A stretch of DNA of 36,169 nucleotides from contig NW_018407955.1 in the NCBI RefSeq assembly GCF_002113885.1, positions 800,480 through 836,648 on the forward strand, given 5' to 3'. The translations under genes and the position numbers were made by a program. Positions 1-11,846 of this stretch are shown piece after piece. Source of the stretch: Mizuhopecten yessoensis. Taxonomy: Eukaryota. The notes below the pieces were generated by a model. It made no database searches and had not been told where the DNA came from. It worked only from the letters and a program-made list of their open reading frames with translations. The number at the start of each line of letters is the position of its first letter. Position 1 is the stretch's first letter.

Positions 1-172
1 ACTATTTTTGTTGACCTTTGTCCATGGAAGGTCCCTGCAAAATTTCATTGAAATTGGTTCAGGGGTTTTGGAGAAGAAGTCGAAAATGTAAATTGTTTAC
101 GGACGCACGACGGACGACGGACAAAAGGCGATCGCAATAGGTCACTTGAGACTTTGTCTCAGGTGACCTAAA
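1..172 (+). repeat. Second (diverged) copy of the tandem-repeat element terminus (last unit + ACGG-rich tract + hairpin), cut by the window start
   Basis: 84-172 (aaatgtaaattgtttacggacgcacgacggacgacggacaaaaggcgatcgcaataggtcacttgagactttgtctcaggtgacctaaaaa) aligns with 14264-14368. Confidence 0.65.
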
Positions 173-1189
173 AATTGTTTCACATTGGGGCATCTTCAAA
201 ATCCAAGGGCTCAACCCTCGATACATATACCTTCTCTACACACTTGAAATTATGTCCTTACAAAACCGAAGACTCACGGTAAGCTTTTTGATTCGTTAAA
301 AGTATAAAAGCATAACCAATCACTAGGCTGATACCTGTCCTTTGAAGATTACCAGGGAGCTTCAAAGAATGTCGATTTAACGATTTTGCTGCCAAATGTT
401 TTCTTTGATCTCCATCAATGAAAGTCTACTTTTATAATCCTCAATGTGTTGCGTAAAAAAACTTTGATTTTGTTACGACATATATTCCAGGAGTGTAGAA
501 AAGATATCTATATTGAGAATGGCACTCTTGGATATCAAAGAGAGTGTCAGGGTGAATTGTAACGTTACATAGGATGACACAATAAAGAGTTACATCCCAG
601 TCATCTGTCGATGTGAAAGTTAGATGCATAAAACAAAATATCATAAAAAAATTGTTGTAACTACGTGTTTAAAAATGTTCTTTAGATATCTTTCTCTGAT
701 AAGTAGCAAATAATAACTACTTTCTACAAAGACATTGTTTAAACGATATTTTCTTTGTGCATCATTACAGTCATGGTACGAATATACAGTGAAACCAAGA
801 AACCAATCTCATGCATATGGCCCATGGCTGTGAGTATTTCCTACATTAAATTTTATGTATTGATGTAATCCCTTTTTTTGAAGAAAACTTCCAAAGAACA
901 CCAGGTTGTACCGATATTCTGTCTAATCAGGACAATAAAGTATATCCCATAGTATATATGTGTGTCCGATTAAATGGTTTTTGCCTACCCTATATTGAAA
1001 TATAGATTTATTTTTTCGATTCCAATTTTTATCATATTTATTTGCACTTTCTTCTGATGACTCTGTGAGAGTACCTGTGTTCATCATGCATATCGATATT
1101 TGTACCAGTCACAGAGACCACATACATTACATCAACATAAAACCTGCTGCAAGTGAATTTGTGTTAATTAATTAACACATGGAAAATAC

Positions 1190-1249
1190 CTCAAAGTGGT
1201 TGTTGAAGGCGAGCTGGATCCTTAACCGTGCATGGTCAGATGTCTCTAC
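1190..1249 (-). CDS. MVP: MVP exon 17 (VETSDHARLRIQLAFNNHFE); last MVP exon found in the window
   Basis: Acceptor gaacag, donor GAG|GTATTT. Matches [20 protein letters not shown]. 60 nt, phase 0. The next expected exon ([19 protein letters not shown]) was not found in 1-1189. Confidence 0.88.
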
Positions 1250-1721
1250 CTGTTCAAAAATTCAAATAAGTTGCATGACATTTTTTTCATTTTCAAAAGA
1301 AAATTTAATTCAACAATGAAATAAAAATCTAAACTAGAATGAAATTGATTTTGAATAACAATAACGAATTAATGCTACTTAAAATTACATTTTTTTTTCC
1401 AAATCTGATATTTTGGTCCCATTTGTCAAAAACATGATTTAGCCTAACAACAACTTCATGCAAAACTTAAATCTAATGTAATTTCAAGAAAAATGAAATT
1501 CAAAAATGATTTTTTTATGAATAGGGATTCAAAATATTCATCATAAAGCCAGAAACACAAATAATTGTACGCTTCAAGGTATTTCTCAAAAATGATTTTT
1601 TGGAAAATTTGTATTTTGTAAATTTTTAAGTGAATCAGTGTTTGAAAAACAGGCCCCTGGCCTTCATTTTATCTGATAAACCGATAATTACTTAACAATC
1701 CAAATAATAACAAGAATGAAA

Positions 1722-1962
1722 ACATTGTTTTGGTTTGTTTGTTTGTTAGTGCTTCACGTCCGACTAACAGCAATGGTCATTTAACCCTTACACCTAAGTT
1801 GACCACAATGGACTCACCATGATAAATGTATGGTAGAGTCTACTAAAGTTACCTAGGGGTGAAAGGGTTAAGGACGTGCCCTTGACCCCGTGGTGGAGGG
1901 TTAGTGATCCTAGATGTCGGACATCTTCATCACTCGGCCACCACGGCCCCTCAAAGCTTTGT
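1722..1962 (-). mobile_element. tRNA-derived SINE copy X1 (minus strand; head GGGGCCGTGGTGGCCGAGTG, (AAAC)n tail)
   Basis: Shares head and body with the copies at 7510-7803 and 9443-9690. A- and B-box-like motifs are on the minus strand. (GTTT)n on the plus strand at 1725-1745. Confidence 0.7.
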
Positions 1963-2043
1963 CACACCACCAAAGGTTCACTTTTACACTTGAGATCCAA
2001 CGGCCAAAAGTAATTCAAAATTTCAGAAGTACGGTATACATAC

Positions 2044-2123
2044 TTCTAGAATGTCTGTGATAAAGTCTGGTCCCAGCATCAGACACAGAGATTTCATTGC
2101 ACCCTCCTTCTTAGGTTTACCAG
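2044..2123 (-). CDS. MVP: MVP exon 16 ((A)GKPKKEGAMKSLCLMLGPDFITDILE)
   Basis: Acceptor attctag, donor GAA|GTATGT. Matches [29 protein letters not shown]. 80 nt. Confidence 0.9.
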
Positions 2124-2965
2124 CTAGAATATAAAAAAAACTCGAATAAAAACTTAAATTGTACAGAAACATACAAACAAATTAATAATAATAATAATTC
2201 AAGGTTCTTAGATACATGTACCGCTTTATCACAACCTAGTTTGTAGGTCATCTCAAAGTGGTTCACAAATTATTTTCCCTGGTTATAGGGCCTTTGCAAC
2301 CAGCCAATATGTTTCTCAACTCCCTGGGGAGCATACAGCCAGTGCTGCCATTTCTAGGTCGCATTTGATTGTGACTATGTAATTACAGATTATATATTTA
2401 TCGCCAAAAACAAGCCTAATTGGGGGGAAAATGCTGGCCGTCAAAATAAGTTCTTAATTCCTTGCAGTCAAACATACCTCAAAAATAAGCTGTTCCTGAA
2501 AAAAGGCCTAATATTCCAAGGAAAACATCATGTCATGAATTGATGTCCTGTGGTCAAACACCAGGTATTTCCAATTGTTACAATTTAAATTTGTTTATTG
2601 ACATTTCCTGGTTTCCATCAGTATTTATCTCTATCCTTGCTAGTTAGTCTGACAATCATAGTGATCTCATTTCTTGCAATGAAAATAAGCAATTCTTGTC
2701 TTACTGTCTAAAAGGCTACGGAAATAAGACTACAAAAATGTATATGATAATAAGCCAGCTTTGAAAATAAGCCCGAGATCCCTTACTATATACAGAAAAT
2801 AAACCTTAGATTCCTTACTTAAAATAGAAAATAAGCCCGAGATTCCTTCCTAAAAATAAAAAATAAGCCACAGCTTATTATCAAGATTTTAGGGTATATA
2901 TAACATGCTTAAAGTTCAAAGTACCATACCAGCAGATCAGAAAGTTTGTATCCTTTTGACCTTAC

Positions 2966-3062
2966 CACTTAGGCTGAGGACATTGAAATTTTCGTGAGGT
3001 CCGAGGATGACCAGGTCTGGTCCGAACACGACACGTGCTGTCTTCTCCAGGTAATTATACAC
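2966..3062 (-). CDS. MVP: MVP exon 15 ([32 protein letters not shown]-)
   Basis: Acceptor atcaacag, donor G|GTAAGG. Matches [32 protein letters not shown]. 97 nt. Overlaps ORF 2937..3128(-). Confidence 0.9.
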
Positions 3063-3414
3063 CTGTTGATGCAGGTAAAAATATTTGATAAATACACCTG
3101 TCTCAACTAAAAACAGAAAAACACTCATCTCAAAAATAAAGTTGGATATTATTTTATGGTTACAGTTCAGTTATAAATAAAGTTTTGACCATGTCAACAA
3201 ATGTCTTTTCTTCTTAATGAATTTTTAAAACTATTCCCAGGATCTCCTTTTTAACCCTGATCATCTGAAGAGTGACAGTTAAGTCATTTTACATGAGATA
3301 CATAATTATTCATTACAACAAGAAATGGCAATTGTACATTAAAATCATGTATAACTCATTATGATATACCGGTACATACAAATTGTTGAAGTTGTCTCCC
3401 TTAAACATCTTTAA

Positions 3415-3497
3415 CTCATTCACCCCTGAAATTTCATAATAAACTATACCAACCTTTGAATTGGAAGAGTTCAAATGTGTCTTCAGGGGTGAATGAG
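3415..3497. mobile_element. TTAA-flanked hairpin mini-element (20-bp TIR ctcattcacccctgaa.. / ..ttcaggggtgaatgag), copy Z1
   Basis: TTAA at 3411-3414 and 3498-3501. The same element appears at 35021-35102. Related copies lie at 11704-11769, 26712-26808 and 18660-18735. Confidence 0.65.
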
Positions 3498-3536
3498 TTA
3501 ATCAATGAGATGTCCCTCTTCACTCTTTCTGTACCG

Positions 3537-3655
3537 TTGTCGTGTACACACGACAACGTGTACACACAACAATAAAATGTCATCCTGGTCTCCGTTGTTG
3601 TGTACAGACGACAAAATAATGGGCCGTCTAATGCGTTGTCGTGTACACACGACAA
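3537..3655. repeat. Tandem array of 20-bp near-palindromic units (ttgtcgtgtacacacgacaa x3-4), next to mini-element Z1
   Basis: Units at 3537-3556, 3557-3572 (partial), 3595-3614 and 3636-3655. Each can form a hairpin. Confidence 0.7.
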
Positions 3656-4194
3656 GAGACGTTGGTGTAACCTGTCTTGTGTTTAGCTGGTTATCGCACA
3701 CGACTGTCGCATAATACAATTAATTGTCGCTAAAATCAGCACTAATCAGTTGGAAAGAAATATTTTTATAGGTGCAGAGTACAGAATTTTCCTTAAGTGA
3801 CCTATTGTTTTCAAATTTGCCACAAGATGTTTGCGTTTGGTGTCTCAAATAGAATCAAGATGGTGGCAACTTTATTCAATATGAACACTGGTAAATTCAT
3901 CACAAAATATTTATGGACACTTATGGAAGTAAATATGAATATTTTAATATAAGTCTTGAAAACAGGGAATTGTATTGTTTGTTACCGGACAAATGTCGAT
4001 TTCTCAGTCATAATCAGCTGCCAGTTAGTCATAATTCTGCGAAAATGAAGAAGTGTGTGTCTATGAACAACAACATGAAACAATAACAACATTTGTTCAC
4101 GTTTACCTGTTTATTTCTTGCAACAGTTACACCTCGTCTAAAAAGTACATTATTAATTTGCCATTTTGATATATGAGCGGGGGCAAGTCTAGTA

Positions 4195-4282
4195 AGGGCA
4201 TCCGGTATGGAATCTGGACCAGATTTGCGTTACGGAATCCGGACCGGAATGGCGGTACGGAATCCGGACCAGATTTGTGATA
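4195..4282. repeat. Short tandem repeat (acggaatccggacc[a/g]gat.. x3)
   Basis: ggaatctggaccagatttgcgtt / acggaatccggaccggaatggcggt / acggaatccggaccagatttgtgat. Confidence 0.6.
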
Positions 4283-5342
4283 CAGAAAGAGTTAAACATC
4301 CTAAATTAATGAGTTGTCTCCTTAAACACTCTTAATTAAGGGGTTGTCTCCCTTATATAACATTTTTATATATTTACATAATCATATGTTATTACCAGTT
4401 ATGTTGATATTCATATGTGTACTTTTAACTTAATAACCTTGTCCAAAATAATCCATTGAAAACTATTTTAAAGCTGTTTAACTGTCAAAGTATTTTGAAA
4501 AGAAAATATATGCCACATTGAGTAATCAGCATACATCCTTAAGTCAAGTTGTGTTATCTTTAATTTGATCATTTCTAAACATTACACAATGTGTAAAGTG
4601 TTTTTATCTAAAATGACAATATGAAGACATCTGTTGTGAGAAAGCAAACTTAATCTTGTTGACACAATCGTGAAGTTCGGCCTTACCTGTACAGCTGTGT
4701 TGCCAGGACAACGAAATGTTACTACATGGCCTTTCCTACGTCCCTATAATCAGGATAAAAAAATCAAATTATTGTTTTTAAACAAAATACCTGTTTAATG
4801 ACGATGCAGTTGTGTGTTTCTCATTCATGCTAAAATGTCCAAAAATAGTCTCAAATGATTGATTCATAAGAGCCAAAAATAAATATGACATTTCTTTCCA
4901 CTGTAGGAAATAACCAGCACATTAAGAGACATTTGTTTTACCTGCAGACACATAAACGAATCAGATTCCCAAATGCATGCAGTACAAAAATACATAAATT
5001 CATTTTCAATAGTTTGTTTAACTTTGTGCAAGTTTAGGATAAAGAAAAGGCCTGCTTGTTCCACTTTATATCGGCAACCAATATAATGTGGGAGACAAAA
5101 TATTGCATAATTTGTGTTTAGGTTGGTGTCCTATGCTTTAATTTCAGAACATAGAAAAAGTAGATCTGCAAAACTCATTGCAACAATGTACTTCAATGAC
5201 TCTCTGGGTAAATATCATTACCATTCACTTTACCCACAAACTTTGTTTCGCTGTGTGATCAGTTTTTGTTGGCGGTCTGTGCGTCTAGCAGAACATCTTT
5301 AAGATCAGTCTCTATATCTGGTTAACTCTGTGATCATCTTAC

Positions 5343-5421
5343 CTCGAGTATCTGTGGGTCTATTGATTGTTCAAAGTAGGCCATCTTCCTGATGTCTCCT
5401 GACCCAGAACCTCCTCCTTGT
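5343..5421 (-). CDS. MVP: MVP exon 14 ((K)QGGGSGSGDIRKMAYFEQSIDPQILE)
   Basis: Acceptor ttactacag, donor GAG|GTAAGA. Aligns with KGQDPLADRG...TRVVSYRVPHNAAVQV. 79 nt. Confidence 0.8.
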
Positions 5422-6839
5422 CTGTAGTAACACAAGGGTAGAGTCAGAGACACAAAACATAGCAGAAATCATAAATATTAAGACAAACAAAAGGTCCAAA
5501 GTGCCTGTATGATTCACCTGTCAAGAAAGATTTTTTTTACCTTGATTTGATTACAGTAAAACTGTTATAATGCCACCCATCAAACCGCCAAACCTGCATA
5601 CCGCCATTAATTTACTCATAACGGATTTCCCCAACAATAATGCACCCGTTGTAATGCCAAACCCACATACCGCCATCATATTTCCAAAACAATTGGTTAA
5701 AATCACACATTTTTGACTTCGTTATATGTCGCCAATTGGAGTTGAGTACAGGTATATCCCGATGACAGGGATGTTACGTACGTGTGTACATTGTATTGTT
5801 ACACGTGACTGCCGACTGACCAGGTAATCAGCTGTATGTTTTGCACTCTCAATAATTTGATATATTAAATTCCATTTTAGAAAAAAAAAAGGTATCCTGA
5901 AGTAAATTTCTTAAATTTTTTAAAGTATAAGTTCAGTTGGTGTGTGAACACTTGGGTTTAAAACTGTAAAACCGATATACCGCCAAACTCATTATACAGT
6001 GGAACCCACTTATTATGATATCGGTTATTATGATATTTTCTCCGTGTACCGATTTTTCCTTCTTTAACTAAGCAAAACAAAATTGTTTAATATGATATGG
6101 TCAAAGGTGGGACCCCGCTTATTATGATATTTTTTCCGCCGTGAATGGATTTTATAAGGTAAAAACTCAGATAAGTTGTCCGTGTGAAAAAACCTTTACA
6201 AATAAACAATAGGTCCGGCTAACTGTACATCTCCCCAGGTGATCGCCTGTCCACTCCAGGTAAATTTTTCACACCTCGCGTCCACAGGGACCTGGGAATT
6301 TTTTACAGCTATATTTGGACCTAAACTAAGATGTTATAAGAGTATTTTACATGTTAATGAGGTTTAGATTGACTTTCGGTAAAAATGGCATCCCCAATGA
6401 TTATAATATACGGAGAAGGGAGGAAAGCTCTTGATGTCGAAATGTCGACCTCACCGAACTTTCTTGCATCAAAAACAACATTTCTAGTTGATCTACAGGA
6501 AAATGCTTAGTACCGTTTGGAAAGTTGGATAAGTTTTCTTTTAAACACTGTTAAAATCTCCCTGTGCCTGATGTTCTTATAGGTCAAATCCAAGCTTTTC
6601 TATTCTAAATCTGTTCAGTCATTTTTAGAAAGTAAACTTTGAACCCTTTCTTGATCTATTGTTCGTTTAAGCTGAATTTTCAAGAATTATCAAAATAAAC
6701 TTTTATATTGACATCATATGACGCCCTGAAGACAAGACAGCATTAAGTCATCAGTGGTTAGGAAACAGTTGACACACTTCACAATTCATCCCTAAGTCAT
6801 CTCTAAAATCAATAAACAGTATCAGACTCGTCTTCTTAC

Positions 6840-6934
6840 TTGAGGAGAGTTTCTGTATCTTCAGGCAGGACCTTTGTCCAAAGTTCTTCGTTCTCCGTCA
6901 ACATGTACGACTGGGGTCCCATCTCTGCCCTCAC
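6840..6934 (-). CDS. MVP: MVP exon 13 (VRAEMGPQSYMLTENEELWTKVLPEDTETLL-)
   Basis: Acceptor ttctacag, donor AA|GTAAGA. Matches [31 protein letters not shown]. 95 nt. Confidence 0.9.
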
Positions 6935-7380
6935 CTGTAGAATACACCACATATAAGCAGATGAGAGTAAAAAAACAAAAGATTACCGCAAAACTTTTTT
7001 TATATCTTAAATCAATAAATAATACAGGTACATATGTATATGCAAAATCCCATATTATTTCATATAATAAATACCAATGTAACAGCCTGTCTGATTGGAT
7101 TATTTTGGTGTGATAAAGAAATAATTGCCCTTTTGGGTAGTAAAACACGAATCTTTGTTTTCCTATTATTATAATCGTGTTTTGCAAGGTTGCAAATATG
7201 AGAAATAACACCTGAGAGAGATACAAACTACAGTGTTTAAAAAGATACAATAGTAAATTTTGACAATGGTTATTGAATTTGTATATATTCCACTGCTAGA
7301 AGCATAAACTCCAAAGTTTATAACCAATCAGAAGGCTAATACTTAAGGGAATCCTCAAATATTTTTGTTGTATATTTTAC

Positions 7381-7441
7381 CTTGCCGGTCTTCCTATCCT
7401 GAACATAGATGCCTTCATTTTTACTTAAAGGGATCTGTGTC
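7381..7441 (-). CDS. MVP: MVP exon 12 ((R)[20 protein letters not shown])
   Basis: Acceptor atttttcag, donor AAG|GTAAAA. Matches [21 protein letters not shown]. 61 nt. Confidence 0.9.
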
Positions 7442-7509
7442 CTGAAAAATAGATTTCATGATCATTAGTATAATTCACCAAAAAGACTGCTGAAGAAGTT
7501 AGTCCAACA

Positions 7510-7803
7510 TTTAGTTTGTTTGTGTTTTAATTCCTATTAACAACTTTAGTCATTTAAGGACTTGCCAGATTTTTGTGGTGGAGGAAAACCGGAGTTCCCA
7601 GAGGAAACCACCAACCTAGTGTGGTAGCCAAAACCGGAAACTGCCCACCTTGGCCTTGAAACCTTAACCCATTGGTAGAGGGCTAGTGGTCACAGATGGT
7701 CAGATGCCTTAACCACTTGGCTGATATGGTCCCATGGTCAAACATATCAGCCTTAACCACTTGGCTGATATGGTCCCATGGTCAAACATATCAGTCTTCG
7801 GAA
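7510..7803 (-). mobile_element. tRNA-derived SINE copy X2 with a 44-bp tandem duplication of the head (7716-7759 / 7760-7803)
   Basis: The body at 7556-7715 aligns with 9497-9690. The unit ccttaaccacttggctgatatggtcccatggtcaaacatatcag is duplicated. Degenerate (GTTT)n tail at 7512-7528. Confidence 0.7.
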
Positions 7804-8498
7804 CAACAAATGTTTTTTCTTAAGATACAAAGTTTTTCTTTTGCTTCAATCTGTATTAGGAGGAGGGCCTAAATGTACATATCTCTTACTTTAATATTTT
7901 TTACCTTTGTTAACACTGTATTTACACTTGCACTGCATATCCACTCTATTAAACTACCAAATAAAGTAAGTGTCTGTAGCACAATGAATGCAAAAGAATT
8001 GCGGTTCATTCATTAAGCTCTTGGTCATTGTGACTCTTGACTCTTAACAAAGTTGAGTAGCTTCAAATCAAACACTCAAGTGCTGTTCTGTCAATATCTC
8101 CCTTGAAGGCATCAAAGTTATCAGAGAAAGCCTTCAAACAAATGACTAATTTTTTGGAGTGTTAATAAAAAAGATTAAACATAATATTTTGTTATTGTCA
8201 TACAAACACACTTGTATGTATTGTTGTGGCTTCCTCTTGTATCTGTTGCCTAACAGTTAATTATTTACCCTGTCACCCTATGTAACTTGAGTAGACCATT
8301 TATGCATTGACATGGATGAGTCCATTATTGTCTACAGGGGCAAAAGGGTTAAAGTATAATATCTATATATAAGTTCAAACATTTGACAAAGGTAATTTCA
8401 TATACATATATATATTCAATGAAAAACATACAACTTTTTAAATGTAAAGATTGACATCTTTTCCATAAAAACTTGAAAACAGACAACTCTCTGAATAC

Positions 8499-8592
8499 CT
8501 TTTGTCAACAACATTGACATGTAATGGCGGAGTGTAGTCTATTGGGCCGCGTATCATCCAACGGTCACCTGGACTTCTCTTCACGGCCTTAC
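8499..8592 (-). CDS. MVP: MVP exon 11 ((G)[30 protein letters not shown]-)
   Basis: Acceptor ttacccag, donor AG|GTATTC. Matches [29 protein letters not shown]. 94 nt. Overlaps ORF 8438..8707(-). Confidence 0.88.
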
Positions 8593-9079
8593 CTGGGTAA
8601 CGAAATACAAGTCTCATAAACAAAATGTTTACAAACACAGTAATACATTGTTGCTTGATGAGCATATTTTTCATGCAGGTCATATTCATATTGTTATTAT
8701 TATACATATCTACATAAAGTTAGGAAAACAAATATTTGATTGCTTTCCTTGGCAAAATCTAAAGAAATTGTAGAGGGATGGCTAGAAATATATATTCGGC
8801 AAAATATTCTCACAAATTATTCATGGATACACTGTAAATGAATGTTCCCAAAGAATCTGCAGATTTGTGAAACAGTTCACCTGATTAATTCTACATTTCA
8901 GTAAACATGTGAGGTTTCTTACTCCCAAAGAAAACTCACTCTTGCTGAATTTTGTATTTCTAGCAGGTGAAAGTGTTTTTTGTCGAATTTTCTCTCATCC
9001 ATTCAAATACTATGAACTTTACTTGAGATTTAATATTTCCTTCAGTATCAATGTGTGAGGTTTATTTTATATACAGTAC

Positions 9080-9184
9080 CTTTGCCTAAAACTTCCATTA
9101 TATATTCGTCAGCCTGAAGTACCAGAGCCTCATTATCAGACAAGATGTATGCACTTTGAACTTTGCCGTTCTCAAGGGTTTCGC
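9080..9184 (-). CDS. MVP: MVP exon 10 ((G)ETLENGKVQSAYILSDNEALVLQADEYIMEVLGK-)
   Basis: Acceptor atgttgcag, donor G|GTACTG. Matches [31 protein letters not shown]. 105 nt. Confidence 0.85.
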
Positions 9185-9442
9185 CTGCAACATAAATACC
9201 AGAATGTAACAATAATTAGGAACTTTCCTCTCCTCGTTGAGAAAACCTTATATCAAAACTTCTGTTCATCAATGTCGAGACAAAACTAATTTCCAAATGT
9301 TTTTCCAGAAAAAATATGACTTTAATGAATTGGTTTTTACAAGGATAAATCTTCAAAGATTTTTCAAATCAAATAACAATATTTCAAAGGTATTACTAAC
9401 TGAAATTACAAAAATGTTTTTAACATGACATCATTATCTTTC

Positions 9443-9690
9443 TTTTAGAGTATTTGTTTATTTATTTGTGTTTTGTGTCCTATAACCAGCTATGGTCAAT
9501 TAAGGACATGCCAGGTTTTGGTGGTGGAGGAAAGCAGGAGTACTCAGAGCAAAACAAATGACCTGGCGGCCAGTACATGGCAATTGCCCTGTGTAGGGCT
9601 TGAGCCCATGACCCAATGGTCAAGGTCTGGTGATCATAGACGGTCAGACACTGTAACCACTTGGCCACCGCGGCCCCTTTTTGGAGTCTA
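9443..9690 (-). mobile_element. tRNA-derived SINE copy X3; its head ends 22 bp from the MVP exon 9 donor site
   Basis: Minus-strand head GGGGCCGCGGTGGCCAAGTGGTTACAGTG...GGGCTCAAGCCC. Body shared with X1 and X2. Degenerate (GTTT)n at 9443-9470. Confidence 0.7.
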
Positions 9691-9711
9691 ATATGAATTA
9701 ATATTACAAAC

Positions 9712-9853
9712 CTGGATGGAGGAAAAAGCTGCAACATCCGGTACGGAGCTCCCTCTTCCCCAGCTGTGGTTTACAGTTTTTGTCCACTACATCCAATACG
9801 ATACAATACTCTCCCTTCTTCACCACAATTCTTTTTTCCTCAGACAATATTGT
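9712..9853 (-). CDS. MVP: MVP exon 9 (TILSEEKRIVVKKGEYCIVLDVVDKNCKPQLGKRELRTGCCSFFLHP-)
   Basis: Acceptor ttttgcag, donor G|GTTTGT. Matches [34 protein letters not shown]. 142 nt, ends phase 1. Confidence 0.85.
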
Positions 9854-10817
9854 CTGCAAAACAAAATACAGAATTCTATTTTGAGTATTGTTTTTTTTTG
9901 GAGTGGTACACTGGATAACACACTCATCCTTTATTAAGACAAAAGGTTTTCAAATTCCTAATCAGACATGAGAAGGCATTTGATCATCTGCCCAGACTTT
10001 TATCTGGGTAACCTTGTTTCTTCCCTTATTAAGACCCTCTATGTGCTTTCATCCATTAACGTAGATAGGAAGTCCTTTTTCCTTATTGTTGTAAAATAAA
10101 TAAAGTTTATACAGGTTTACGAAATAAAAAAATTATCAGGAATTCAGCCCAAATGAGATCTAGACTGTTTCATAGCACCTGGACACTGGGGTACTGGTAG
10201 GAGTGGGTCGACCCCCGGTGTCGAAGGCAACCTGTGTTGACCTCTAAATAGGGTCTTTAAATGATTCGATAGACAAAGGTTTATTTCAGAACAGCCCTTT
10301 ATCTAATTATCCAGTTGTGAAGTTCAAATATATGTGATATTATTCCAGGCAAATCCTTAGAAAAAATAAGTTGTCAGTCTCAAATTCAATGTTATATGTT
10401 TGCCTTTGAAATTTTATAACAATTACACTCTAAGAGAAGTGGAATGGATACATTATCTTCAGGATTTCAACACAGTTTATTGAATAGATTTTTTATTTAT
10501 TTTATTTTATGGAATTTGATTATTATTTATTCAATCTTGTTGAATATAGCACCACCCTTTTTAAACAAATTCATCATACTCTAAGTTTCTGTAGTATACC
10601 TAGGGTTATTAAGGCGCACTCATCGTTATTTACCAGTACAGGGCAGTGGCGGATCCATAGACCTATCTGGGGGGAGGGGGGCATGTGGGGAAAACTTCAG
10701 GAAAATAGTGAAAATACATGATTTTTAAAGAAATTCTCAGGGTGGGGGGTTCCTGAAGCCCAAAAAAACCCTCTGGATCTGCCACTGCAGGGTAGAATCA
10801 AGTTTTACAACTCATGT

Positions 10818-11290
10818 GTGTTTCCACATTTTATCTACTGTAGTACTATAAGGTCTGGCTGCTCTGCAAATTTGATGGATAAATTGTTTAAAGCTCAAAA
10901 GCAGGCAGCACGTGTTATGCTTGATGTACCATATGACACACCTTCGTGTGTTATGTTTTCAGATCTAAAATGGTTACCTATTGAGGAAGTTTTTAGATTT
11001 AAGAAGCTGTGTATGTTTTACATATGTATTCATGGCAAGGTACCAAATTATTTGTGTGATAATATAACACTTGTTAAAGATGAGCACACAAGAAATACCA
11101 GACATTCAAATGCAAACAATGTTGTTGTCCCTAAGCAAAGAACTTCTTTTTATTCAAAACAATTTTAACATCTGGTGCTCAAGCTTGGAATAGTCTACCA
11201 ACTGATTTAAAAGACATTCAACATTTAAATTATTTCAGGGGCAGACTCATAAATTATTTTTTGAATTCTTAAACTATCATTTTTTTTATA
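10818..11290 (+). mobile_element. LINE ORF2 C-terminal fragment (CR1/L2-like tail) in an MVP intron
   Basis: ORF 10818..11168 reads YCSTIRSGCSANLMDKLFKAQKQAARVML...LKWLPIEEVFRFKKLCMFYICIHGKVPNYL...HTRNTRHSNANNVVVPKQRTSFYSKQF. It continues frameshifted as AWNSLPTDLKDIQHLNYFRGRL, the typical C-terminal region of CR1/L2-type ORF2. Short direct repeats (ggtggtctcttaa x3) follow at 11600-11690 and may mark the 3' terminus. Confidence 0.6.
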
Positions 11291-11703
11291 TAAATCTACA
11301 TATGTATTTCAACTCCTGCTATATTAGCGTAAAACCCTGGAAAATTTTACTGTTTGCTATATTAGCATATATGTATATTAGGCATTATGTCATTTCGTGG
11401 ATTAACCAAACTTGTGCACATTTTAAATTGATATGAATCTGTGATATTAATATACAAAACCTCTTATATATTGATGTATCTTACTCACCATTAGTATGTT
11501 CTACTAATTTTGAGGATGTGGTAGATTAGCCTTTGGCTGTACATGTATTATCCTCGTTAAATGAAGTTTATTATTATTTATTATTATTAATGCAGGTGGT
11601 CTCTTTACACAGGTGGTCTCTTAATACAAGTTAATTTCCAAATGAAATATATAACTGCAATGGGGAAATTAAAAGTGGTCTCTTAACACAAGTGGACTTT
11701 TAA

Positions 11704-11769
11704 CCCCAAAGTCACATTTGAACCTTACCAAATCAAAGACTGGGCAAGTCCATCTTAAAAATGTAGGGG
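11704..11769. mobile_element. TTAA-flanked mini-element, related family Y (CCCCaaagtcacatttgaacc...aatgtaGGGG)
   Basis: TTAA at 11700-11703 and 11770-11773. The core aagtcacatttgaaccttaccaaatcaaagactgggcaagtcca is shared with 26735-26800 and with the rc of 18680-18735. Confidence 0.55.
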
Positions 11770-11846
11770 TTAAACGATCAGTTATATATTCTAGAGCTGT
11801 GTACTTTGTAATTTGCACTTTTGACCAAGACTTCTATAATACTGAC

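Noticed and set aside
1-1189. Possible further MVP exons downstream of exon 17 (e.g. 900-940 TEYRYNLVFFG; 441-644 ORF)
   Set aside because: No frame reproduces the highly conserved [20 protein letters not shown] / FDDFHKNS segments. The candidate splice sites are weak. The next exon is presumed to lie beyond the window start.
6861-7250. 129-aa ORF on the minus strand (six-frame track)
   Set aside because: It is AT-rich intron sequence read through. Only its 3' end overlaps MVP exon 13 (6840-6934), and in a different frame. Not a gene.
10509-10721. 70-aa ORF and inverted repeat cagtggcggatcc..ggatctgccactg around a gggggcatg motif
   Set aside because: No protein homology recognised. Probably part of a repeat that is also seen at 30290-30420. 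Not annotated as a gene.
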